Position numbers and translations under genes: made by a program. Below are positions 53,201 to 60,800 of a stretch of 64,000 bases of DNA, piece after piece. Source of the stretch: Eledone cirrhosa (Eukaryota); the NCBI GenBank assembly GCA_964016885.1, contig OZ024741.1, positions 395,808,001-395,872,000 on the forward strand, given 5' to 3'. The notes under the pieces are model-generated. The model was not told the origin of the DNA, did no database searches, and was given only the letters and a program-made list of their open reading frames with translations. The stretch's first letter is position 1. Every line of letters starts with the position of its first letter.

Positions 53201-54815
53201 CGAAGTATAGGTAACTCATACACTATAGAAACAATTGTTACCTAATAAATCCTTTATACCCGCATTTCCATTTCGTAAATTTTTTCTCCATATTTTCTCC
53301 GAATTTTAAAACACACTTTATTATACGTTGAGCAATCTCTGACGTCAGTTGACTCCATCCTATGCAACTACTTAGTAACATTGGAATACAAATTAACTAA
53401 TTATATATATATATATATATAGGAAAAAGTATGACCCATAGTTTTTCCTAATTCCCACTCTACTACTCTAAGTATTGAGTACTCTGGTGCGTTATGGTCC
53501 ATCTGGTTCCTTACTACAATTCCTTTGTTATATATATTAACGTTATTGACGTTGATATATTTTCTCTCTGTCAGCGTGTGCTTACACTGTGTGGAGTGAA
53601 TGGTCAGGGTGCAGTGAATCCTGTAATGGCGGCATACAAACCAAAAGACGAGTGAAATTACAAGACAGAGGAAAGGAGAATTGTGATGAGACACTTAAGG
53701 AAACTCAAACTTGTAATAATTTGTCTTGTGATGGTAAGAAAAGCATAAAACTCTTTCTCTTCAAATATTTTATCACCACCACCACCATCACCCTCACAAC
53801 CACCACCACCATCATCACCACCACCAACACCACCACCGCCATCATCACCACAACAACAACAACCTCCACCACCACCACCTCCACCACCACCACCGCCATC
53901 ACCCTCACAACCACCACCACCAACAACAACAACAACAGCATGCCTACCACCACCCACCACCATCATCACCACCACCATCATCCTCCCAACCAGCACCACC
54001 ACCACCACCCAAAACAACCATCATCACCACCACCATCACCACACCACCACCACCGCCACCACACTACCACCACCACCACCACCACCACCACCATCACCAC
54101 ACCACCATCACCACCACCACCACCACCACACTACCACCACCATCACCACACCACCATCACCACCACCATCACCACCACCACCACCATCACCACACCACCA
54201 TCATCACCACCATCACCACACCACCACCACCACCACCACCACCACCACCACCATCACCGCCACCACCACCACCACCACCACCACCACCACCACCACACTA
54301 CCACCACCACCACCACCACCACCACCACCATCACCACACCACCATCATCACCACCATCACCACCATCACCACCACCACCACACTACCACCACCATCACCA
54401 CACCACCACCACCACTACCACCACCACCACCACCACCATCACCACCACCACCACCACCACCACCACCATTCTTATACCTACTGCCACTATTCCCCAATTA
54501 TGTCCATCTTATCTTTGTGTAGCTGTGTGCCGTGTTATCAAGAGGACTGGTTACATCAGTGATAAGGCTGGTTGTGTATCTGACAATGAGACTGACATAT
54601 CCTACTGCAGCGGTTCTTGTGGCCCAAGTACTTCAATGCCAACACTTATGGCCAATATGTCCGAGCTTCCTGTTGTGGCCAACTGTAAGTGTTGTACTGG
54701 TGTAACTGGACCAGGTCTTAAAGTACCAATGACCTGCTTCAATGGTTTGAAGAAGACAGTATATGTATCTCCCATGATATCCTGTAGTTGTAATAAATGT
54801 GATGTCACTACTTGA
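1..54815 (+). CDS. 3' portion of a multi-exon gel-forming mucin / SCO-spondin-like gene (repeated discoidin-like + PTS units, F5/8C, TSP1, VWC-like, TSP1, C-terminal cystine knot); 5' end lies upstream of the window
   Basis: Exons joined by hand with GT-AG sites and consistent phases: array exons, then 23256-23512 (1/0), 26512-26626 (0/1), 28437-28515 (1/2), 46877-47110 (2/2), 49172-49218 (2/1), 53575-53733 (1/1), 54523-54815 (stop). The F5/8C and TSP1 domains split across introns re-join correctly. Confidence 0.85.
410..734 (+). CDS. Repeat exon A (representative): end of discoidin-like domain (..[11 protein letters not shown]) plus Thr/Ser/Pro-rich mucin segment
   Basis: Acceptor ttttatctgtAG|ATG, donor CCATCTGTAG|GTACGT, 325 nt, phase 0 to 1. 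The ORF-track extension to 799 is intron read-through. Confidence 0.85.
1102..1379 (+). CDS. Repeat exon B (representative): N-terminal part of degenerate discoidin/F5-8C-like domain ([21 protein letters not shown]..)
   Basis: Acceptor ttcttttaaacacAG|TAACA, donor AAGAAG|GTGAGT, 278 nt, phase 1 to 0. A plus B is 603 nt = 201 aa with no stop. Confidence 0.85.
11541..11723 (-). mobile_element. tRNA-derived SINE with Meta-like central domain, inserted in the last array intron
   Basis: Interrupts the intron sequence agaattcata/acacctcaat. Reverse strand has B-box gagttcaaatcc and ctttgcctttcatcct..ggggtcgataaaataaagtaccag. Confidence 0.8.
11826..11866 (+). pseudogene. Decayed remnant of exon B ending the array
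   Basis: caactaggaaacc joins directly to atggctgatataatgtattataaagatgctgcagatatt; the acceptor and exon start are deleted and the rest is lost. Confidence 0.7.
12340..13460 (+). mobile_element. Highly decayed R4/Dong-like LINE 3' fragments, interrupted by an RTE-like 3' end with (GAT)n tail (~13062-13316)
   Basis: Residual LHW..WYEH and RPDIVVL..IDVAIP motifs; RTE-like tail ending gatgatgatgat. Confidence 0.55.
14200..15163 (+). mobile_element. R4/Dong-clade non-LTR retrotransposon 3' fragment (RLE endonuclease) with (AAT)n tail
   Basis: ORF 14630-14887 [22 protein letters not shown]; near-copy of 19300-20250. Confidence 0.8.
15164..15285 (-). mobile_element. Tx1-clade LINE 3' UTR fragment, tail-to-tail with the Dong fragment
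   Basis: Reverse strand ends gcccttgtggccaataaagaaatc followed by (ATT)n, like the Tx1 end at 21690-21750. Confidence 0.65.
15293..15666 (+). mobile_element. Short R4/Dong-like 3' end with (AAT)n tail
   Basis: [29 protein letters not shown]-like coding relic, then 3' UTR and (AAT)n. Confidence 0.6.
16246..16432 (-). mobile_element. tRNA-derived Meta-like SINE
   Basis: Same sequence family as 11541-11723 and 21752-21954. Confidence 0.8.
16740..20250 (+). mobile_element. Near full-length, inactivated R4/Dong-clade non-LTR retrotransposon (RT, CCHC, restriction-like endonuclease)
   Basis: N-terminal WTKELN..MECY..GYRKRM..W; RT motifs [13 protein letters not shown] and [10 protein letters not shown]; CRIC..HIVSEC, RHD and K..RY; several stops and frameshifts; (AAT)n tail. 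5' boundary approximate. Confidence 0.88.
20251..20745 (-). mobile_element. Tx1-clade LINE 3' fragment
   Basis: Encodes [22 protein letters not shown], homologous to the C-terminus of ORF2 of the intact element. Confidence 0.75.
20750..21750 (+). mobile_element. 5'-truncated Tx1-clade LINE with (ATT)n tail
   Basis: [26 protein letters not shown] zinc finger; ends aataaagaaact followed by (ATT)n. Confidence 0.85.
21752..21954 (+). mobile_element. tRNA-derived Meta-like SINE with (ATT)n tail
   Basis: A-box tggcagtatcggtag, B-box gagttcaaatcc, tail ccttgtgccaaaagtagaaacaattattatt. Confidence 0.82.
21955..23241 (+). mobile_element. 5'-truncated Tx1-clade LINE with long (ATT)n tail
   Basis: ORFs 21984-22562 and 22578-22925 are homologous to intact ORF2 (GGLGMPWL..). 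Confidence 0.85.
23256..23512 (+). CDS. Mucin gene exon: F5/8 type C (discoidin) domain, first part
   Basis: ctaacctaaacAG|AT..TCG|GTAAGA; translates [86 protein letters not shown]. Not in the ORF track. Confidence 0.85.
23593..23783 (+). mobile_element. tRNA-derived Meta-like SINE
   Basis: Same family as 21752-21954. Confidence 0.8.
24208..24372 (-). mobile_element. Second tRNA-derived SINE family (CORE-like domain); other copies ~25370-25445, 40547-40706 (-) and 48150-48420 (+)
   Basis: Reverse strand tggcttagtggttagagca..gagttcaattc..ccttgagcaagacactttatttcac. Confidence 0.7.
24770..25100. repeat. 21-bp minisatellite (gagtgatagttttaatatttt)
   Basis: About 15 visible tandem units; explains spurious ORF 24725-25213. 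Confidence 0.9.
25590..26048 (+). mobile_element. Tx1-type 3' UTR fragments (two) ending in (ATT)n
   Basis: cccctctattggggaattt motif and cccttgtggttaataaagaaagc followed by (ATT)n. Confidence 0.55.
26049..26257 (+). mobile_element. tRNA-derived Meta-like SINE
   Basis: Same family; lies between (ATT)n tracts. Confidence 0.8.
26512..26626 (+). CDS. Mucin gene exon: F5/8 type C domain, second part
   Basis: ttgtgttccAG|TTG..TGTA|GTAAGT; [38 protein letters not shown] fits the discoidin C-terminal pattern. Confidence 0.85.
26640..27735. repeat. AT-rich ~25-29 bp minisatellite (aaacatttatataatgtgagatataataaat)
   Basis: Tandem degenerate units visible. Confidence 0.88.
28437..28515 (+). CDS. Mucin gene exon: first half of TSP1 repeat
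   Basis: ttttccAG|AT..AG|GTAAAT; [27 protein letters not shown] (WxxWxxWxxCSxxC..RxR). Confidence 0.85.
28555..28910. repeat. (CT)n microsatellite; (TG/TA)n at 28210-28385
   Basis: Seen directly; source of spurious ORF 28152-28943. Confidence 0.9.
29160..30250. repeat. 62/51-bp minisatellite inside the MITE; continues at 35893-36400
   Basis: Unit tatgtgagatattatgtgaggtaaagccttaactgtgacaatacaatagtatatatagagtaatgtaaatgt. Confidence 0.95.
30488..33923 (-). pseudogene. Tx1 ORF2 (APE endonuclease + reverse transcriptase + zinc finger) with two frameshifts
   Basis: LNVRGL, GDWN, YLDR, SDH; [31 protein letters not shown]. Frameshifts in a G-run at ~33725 and at ~32425. Confidence 0.88.
33945..35681 (-). 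CDS. Tx1 ORF1 (CCHC zinc-knuckle, gag-like protein), intact
   Basis: First ATG at 35681; [14 protein letters not shown]; Pro/Thr-rich tail. Confidence 0.8.
   Translation of the reverse strand: MDGIFTSHPNVKATPPKKGDTEKLEAQGSKSSLLTSAKETWNTELKEKFVKMGENPESHINADKNNNDNNSNSHNTNQGKNNDNTKQSEPTTGASFAQAVRKTQTCKQLDITTLREKMKEAKQYVTFKEGGDFTITSPQEIKRDTTLRTISFRTISNITRKPTQLSQKEIELVLKNVWSDISFIQKGPLYGNITVLMKDQLTARKYSVAPIVSKLHTFFPTYLGKRTQKIRVSGIRPNACISWVLTGFLEDEDGILSVGEVTTDVFGGLSMEVLVQMRPERIARIPQRVSLDGETFIYISAEGRRPICYYCSSRGHLRAACPQLTKKKALLPTPHTPPPPPPPPPPPPPPQQQQKQQGKITQDTAPPKTTPKTHTNTTKPQNTPLPDSTDEDPAETAPSDEEREPFQPVKRKKRKHHSNINETNTQPPTKTKQTEQTKSAPPQNITHTTKRKHTQEQQTNTTQIKQYTYINTKNKELVKTIHKDPSVETEGQFFASAANKPHLKMIRLPMDTYAKLRGNFPEDVGKTCTRPYNRVLLKRFPTHTSPNTPTPPQNNTPPNNPSNTPMDIVQPAPQEPNR
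36440..36708. repeat. (TAC)n/(TAA)n microsatellite followed by a partial Meta-like SINE (36618-36708, -)
   Basis: Seen directly. Confidence 0.8.
36920..38096. repeat. 28/29-bp minisatellite (gagtgtctgtcaaatacagactaaataacatt)
   Basis: About 40 tandem units. Confidence 0.95.
38540..39430. repeat. (TAC)n tract, then ~67-bp degenerate tandem repeat interspersed with (TA)n
   Basis: Unit core ttgcctctcctgacatgacctacaagctgaagacacctgacatggatggtatg. Confidence 0.8.
39474..39582 (-). ncRNA. Type I hammerhead ribozyme (Penelope-type, long stem II)
   Basis: agtatt CTGATGA [tttggtcgggtatc..gacaccggactaat] GAAA caattg TT aatact; 6-bp stem I, palindromic stem III, AATAAA just downstream. Confidence 0.7.
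39660..40342 (+). mobile_element. RTE-clade LINE 3' fragment plus RTE-tailed repeat ending (GAT)n; the 3' part recurs at ~48620-49027
   Basis: [22 protein letters not shown] relic and (GAT)n tail. Confidence 0.7.
41602..45680 (+). mobile_element. Second, divergent R4/Dong-like element (RT, CCHC, RLE), inactivated, flanked by (CATA)n
   Basis: WSYELN..YEAY..P..GFMQRL..W; [33 protein letters not shown]; stops and an internal deletion near 44550. 5' boundary inferred from the microsatellite edge. Confidence 0.82.
46877..47110 (+). CDS. Mucin gene exon: second half of TSP1 plus start of VWC-like segment
   Basis: atcttctAG|A ATT TGC..TG|GTATGT; [37 protein letters not shown]. Confidence 0.85.
47530..47850. 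repeat. 29-bp minisatellite (ccctgactctccatgaagtggtgaattgt)
   Basis: About 11 units. Confidence 0.9.
49172..49218 (+). CDS. Mucin gene 47-nt exon completing a VWC-like motif ([16 protein letters not shown])
   Basis: ttattttttAG|T GAA TGT..AAT A|GTAAGT; phases 2/1 fit both neighbours. Confidence 0.8.
49815..49864 (-). ncRNA. Minimal type I hammerhead ribozyme
   Basis: gaacagta CTGATGA tgggt-gat-accca GAAA ca-ttag-t GTC tgcagttc; all core nucleotides and three stems present. Confidence 0.75.
50406..53260 (-). mobile_element. 5'-truncated Penelope-like element (RT + GIY-YIG) with an ~890-bp inverted copy of its 3' end
   Basis: ORF 51101-52237: [33 protein letters not shown]. Arms 50406-51297 and 52265-53156 are reverse complements. 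Confidence 0.9.
53127..53243 (+). ncRNA. Type I hammerhead ribozyme at the Penelope terminal repeat (long stem II)
   Basis: aggt CTGATGA catggtgtg..tacactata GAAA caattg TT acct AATAAA. Confidence 0.7.
53575..53733 (+). CDS. Mucin gene exon: TSP1 repeat
   Basis: ttctctctgtcAG|CG..GATG|GTAAGA; [36 protein letters not shown]. Confidence 0.9.
53772..54468. repeat. (CAC)n-rich microsatellite in the last coding intron
   Basis: Seen directly. Confidence 0.9.
54523..54815 (+). CDS. Mucin gene last coding exon: C-terminal cystine knot (CTCK)
   Basis: ctttgtgtAG|CT; C..GCVS..YCSGSC..CKCC..MTC..SCSC..C then stop. Confidence 0.9.
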
Positions 54816-57255
54816 TGTGAGTATTTCTTATTTTATTGTCATACATTATGAAAGTTGAGCATCAGAAACATTTAGAGAGCGCTTAACTCTCAAACATTTA
54901 CATTACTCTCTATATACTATTGTATTTTCACAGTAAAGGCTTTACCTCACATAATATCTCATAACATTTACATTACTCTATATATACTATTGTATTTTCA
55001 CAGTAAAGGCTTTACCTCACATAATATCTCATAACATTTACATTACTCTATATATACTATTGTATTTTCACAGTAAAGGCTTTACCTCACATAATATCTC
55101 ATAACATTTACATTACTCTATATATACTATTGTATTTTCACAGTAAAGGCTTTACCTCACATAATATCTCATAACATTTACATTACTCTATATATACTAT
55201 TGTATTTTCACAGTAAAGGCTTTACCTCACATAATATCTCATAACATTTACATTACTCTATATATACTATTGTATTTTCACAGTAAAGGCTTTACCTCAC
55301 ATAATATCTCATAACATTTACATTACTCTATATATACTATTGTTTTTTCACAGTAAAGGCTTTACCTCACATATTATCTCATAACATTTACATTACTCTA
55401 TATATACTATTGTATTTTCACAGTAAAGGCTTTACCTCACTTAATATCTCATAACATTTACATTACTCTATATATACTATTGTATTTTCACAGTAAAGGC
55501 TTTACCTCACATAATATCTCATAACATTTACATTACTCTATATATACTATTGTATTTTCACAGTAAAGGCTTTACCTCACATAATATCTCATAACATTAA
55601 CATTACTCTATATATACTATTGTATTTTCACAGTAAAGGCTTTACCTCACATAATATCTCACATAACATTTACATTACTCTATATATACTATTGTATTTT
55701 CACAGTAAAGGCTTTACCTCACATAATATCTCATAACATTTACATTACTCTATATATACTATTGTATTTTCACAGTAAAGGCTTTACCTCACATAATATC
55801 TCATAACATTTACATTACTCTATATATACTATTGTATTTTCACAGTAAAGGCTTTACCTCACATAATATCTCATAACATTTACATTACTCTATATATACT
55901 ATTGTATTTTCACAGTAAAGGCTTTACCTCACATAATATCTCATAATATTTGCATTACTCTATATATACTATTGTATTTTCACAGTAAAGGCTTTACCTC
56001 ACATAATATCTCACATAACATTTACATTACTCTATATATACTATTGTATTTTCACAGTAAAGGCTTTACCTCACATAATATCTCATGACATTTACATTAC
56101 TCTATATATACTATTGTATTTTCACAGTAAAGGCTTTACCTCACATAATATCTCATAACATTTACATTACTCTATATATACTATTGTATTTTCACAGTAA
56201 AGGCTTTACCTCACATAATATCTCATAACATTTACATTACTCTATATATACTATTGTATTTTCACAGTAAAGGCTTTACCTCACATAATATCTCATAACA
56301 TTTACATTACTCTATATATACTATTGTATTTTCACAGTAAAGGCTTTACCTCACATAATATCTCATAACATTTACATTACTCTATATATACTATTGTATT
56401 TTCACAGTAAAGGTTTTACCTCACATAATTTCTCATAACATTTACATTACTCTATATATACTATTGTATTTTCACAGTTAAGGCTTTACCTCACATAATA
56501 CCTCACATAACATTTACATTACTCTATATATACTATTGTATTTTCACAGTAAAGGCTTTACCTCACATAATATCTCACATAACATTTACATTACTCTATA
56601 TATACTATTGTATTTTCACAGTAAAGGCTTTACCTCACATAATATCTCACATACCATTTACATTACTCTATATATACTATTGTATTTTCACAGTAAAGAC
56701 TTTACCTCACATAAAATCTCACATAACATTTACATGACTCTATATATACTATTGTATTTTCACAGTAAAGGCTTTACCTCACATAATATCTCACATACCA
56801 TTTACATTACTCTATATATACTATTGTATTTTCACAGTAAAGGCTTTACCTCACATAATATCTCACATACCATTTACATTACTCTATATATGCTATTGTA
56901 TTTTCACAGTAAAGGCTTTACCTCACATAATATCTCGCATCACATTTACATTACTCTATACATACTATTGTATTTTCACAGTAAAGGCTTTACCTCACAT
57001 AATATCTCACATAACATTTACATTACTCTATATATACTATTGTATTTTCACAGTAAAGGCTTTAACTCACATAATATCTCACATACCATTTACATTACTC
57101 TATATATACTATTGTATTTTCACAGTAAAGGCTTTACCTCACATAATATCTCACATAACATTTACATTACTCTATATATACTATTGTATTTTCAGAGTAA
57201 AGGCTTTACCTCACAAAATATTTCACATAACATTTACATTACTCTATATATACTA

Positions 57256-57723
57256 CTAACAGTGGTACCCGGCGTTGCACGGGATAAGGTATTTTGGAAC
57301 GCGGGCCGCCAACAGACCTAATCGTGGAATAACTGCATGCCTGGACAATATGTAAAGAAAATAAACCGAAAAAAGCCCCAAAAAGCTGAAAAAAAGAAGT
57401 TTTTCACCTAATGCGGGCCCTAGGCCATAAAGAGGTGGATTTTCTTTGCTCACGGTATGAAGAAGAGACTGACTAATACATAGTTTCAATTTCAAGGAAA
57501 TTGGTCTGAGGTAACGCCTCAAAGAAACCCTAAAAAACTTTTAAAACGCAGTTTTTCGCCTAATGCAGGTACTAGGGGATCAAAAAGTTGAATTTTTTAT
57601 GTGCATAACTTTCCCTAAGTAATACACATGTAAAGTTTGACAAAAATCGGTTGGGTACTTCTCGAGTTTTAGGGATTCAAACTCACACACGCACACAGAC
57701 ATCCTCAGTTTTATATATATAGA
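57256..57723 (-). mobile_element. Non-autonomous Helitron-like element (468 bp)
   Basis: Minus strand starts TC, ends with hairpin CCCGTGCAACGCCGGG then TTAG; inserted between A and T of the repeat (tatatactA|Ttgtattt) with no TSD. Confidence 0.75.
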
Positions 57724-57845
57724 TTGTATTTTCACAGTAAAGGCTTTACCTCACATAATATCTCACATAACATTTATATTACTCTATATATACTATTGTA
57801 TTTTCACAGTAAAGGTTTTACCTCACATAATATCTCACATAACAT

Positions 57846-60800
57846 CTCGTATACGAGAGATGTGTGTTGACGTGTGTGAACAAGCTCGGCTACCGAGTCG
57901 GATTTACTTACTCAAAAGTGAGTTTTGATTAATTTTTTATACTGTAGTATACGTTAACCCCTTGCCTTGGTCGTCAAACTTTGAGTTTATTTATCTTCGC
58001 CCCTTTTTGGGGCGAATTTTCCAGTTAAAAACTTATTACGGCAAACTAATAGAAATGGACAGAATTTTCACATCTCATCCTAACGTGAAAGCCACGCCCC
58101 CTAAGAAAGGTGATACAGAGAAGCTAGAAGCACAAGGCTCTAAGTCTTCCCTCCTCACTTCTGCAAAAGAAACATGGAACACGGAATTAAAAGAAAAATT
58201 TGTAAAAATGGGTGAAAACCCAGAAAGTCACATAAACGCAGACAAAAACAACAACGACAATAACAACAATAGTCACAACACCAACCAAGGAAAAAATAAC
58301 GATAACACCAAACAAAGCGAACCCACTACTGGTGCCTCCTTTGCACAGGCGGTCCGGAAAACACAAACCTGCAAGCAACTGGACATTACAACTCTGAGAG
58401 AAAAGATGAAGGAAGTGAAACAGTATGTAACTTTCAAAGAAGGAGGAGACTTCACAATCACCTCCCCACAAGAAATCAAAAGAGACACGACGCTAAGAAC
58501 GATATCTTTCAGAACAATTTCCAACATAACAAGGAAACCAACTCAATTATCCCAAAAAGAGATTGAGCTGGTCCTAAAAAATGTGTGGAGTGATATATCG
58601 TTCATACAAAAAGGGCCACTCTATGGGAATATAACGGTCCTAATGAAGGATCAATTGACGGCCAGGAAATACTCTGTGGCGCCAATTGTTTCTAAGCTAC
58701 ATACATTTTTCCCCACATATTTAGGGAAAAAGAACGCAGAAAATAAGGGTCTCCGGAATCCGTCCAAATGCATGCATTTCCTGGGTACTAACAGGATTTT
58801 TAGAAGACGAGGACGGAATCCTCTCAGTAGGAGAAGTCACCACAGACGTTTTCGGCGGTTTGAGCGTGGAGGTTCTGGTCCAAATGATACCAGAACGAAT
58901 AGCTAGAATACCACAGAGGGTGTCCCTCGATGGAGAAACATTTATATATATTTCAGCCGAGGGTAGGAGGCCCATATGTTACTACTGTTCAAGCAGGGGT
59001 CATCTAAGGGCTGCTTGTCCTCAATTGACAAAAAAAAGGCTCTTTTGCCTACACCCCACACACCACCACCGCCACCACCACCACCACCACCTCCACGACC
59101 ACCACCACAACAACAACAAAAACAACACGGAAAAATAACACAAGACACGGCCCCACCCAAAACAACTCCCAAAACACACACAAATACAACAAAACCCCAA
59201 AATACACCACTACCCGACAGCACGGACGAGGACCCAGCGGAAACGGCACCTAGTGACGAAGAGGGGGAACCCTTCCAACCTGTAAAAAGGAAAAAAAGAA
59301 AGCACCACTCGAACATAAACGAAACAAACACACAACCACCAACAAAAACAAAACAAACAGAACAAACAAAATCCGCCCCACCCCAAAACATAACACATAC
59401 AACAAAACGTAAGCACACACAAGAACAACAAACAAACACAACACAAATAAAACAGTATACATACATTAACACAAAGAACAAAGAACTAGTAAAAACAATA
59501 CACAAAGACCCTTCGGTGGAAACTGAAGGGCAATTCTTTGCAAGCGCGGCCAACAAACCGCATTTAAAAATGATAAGACTCCCAATGGACACCTATGCAA
59601 AACTAAGAGGGAACTTTCCTGAGGACGTGGGGAAAACATGTACTCGACCCTATAACCGCGTCCTCTTGAAACGTTTCCCCACCCACACCTCACCAAACAC
59701 CCCCACTCCACCACAGAACAACACCCCACCAAACAACCCCTCCAATACGCCCATGGATATTGTGCAACCTGCTCCTCAGGAGCCGAACAGGTAGGTCCTT
59801 CCTCTTTTAACCAACATGGCTGATATAAGAGTTGGGTGTCTGAATGTACGTGGCCTGGGACTGTCTTGGAAACAAGGCAAACTTTTAAACGATCTCAGGT
59901 CGCATAGAATGGATGTAATGGCTATTTGCGAGTCCAGGATCAGCAGCGAGCACCAACTGGCGCCCCTCTTCGACGACTTTGAGATCTTCGCATCTCTCTG
60001 TCAACCGGGGGTGGGGTGGAGTTGTCGTTCTGCTGCGAAAACACCTGGGCCTCGCCATACAGAAGGTGCACCTGGACCCGGAGGGTCGACTGGTGGTTTT
60101 AGACGTCGGCAGTAGTGAAAGTGGAGCCCTTAGACTAATAGCTGTGTACGCCCCTTTTTGGGCAGCGCGGCCGGAATACTTCCAACGTCTGGAAACTTTT
60201 CTGGGAACGTCCCGCTCCTTGCTTTTAGTGGGGGACTGGAATGGTATCCTGGATGCACGTTGGGACTATGTAGGGGCATGTGCCAATAGAGGGGGGTGTA
60301 AAAGCCTCAAAAGGTTAATCGGCCGATTTGACCTGGCCCATAGATATCGACTAGATTTTCCGACTGTACCACTATGGACGTGGACCAATCGCAGTGGAAC
60401 ATCTAGGTCGTACCTAGATAGGGTCCTAGTTAGAGAGAACGATAGGGACACATTTAGCTGTCCAAAAATGTTCATGGTTGACTATTCGGATCACAAGTTA
60501 GTGACTTGCATAGCCAACCTTGATAGAACCCATAGACAGGGACCCGGTTACTGGAAGCTGAACTTGTCCTTACCGAGAAGCAAAGCTTACAGTAAACGGA
60601 TTAGCACGTTAGTTAAGCAGAGTTTAACAGTGGCAATTGTCAACAACAGGTGGTGGAGCTCTCTTAAGAGAGCAATTAGAATAGAATCGATAGGTTTTAG
60701 TCAGGAATTAGCAAGGGATAGGAACAAGACGGAAAGGGAATTAGTAGATAGAGTAGAAGAGGCGATTAGGAGTGGCAATGTAGCCGGCGTGCTGGCATCA

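Noticed and set aside
58720-60020. Homopolymer frameshifts as programmed recoding
   Set aside because: They differ between the two copies and sit in A/G runs, so slippage mutations or sequencing errors are more likely.
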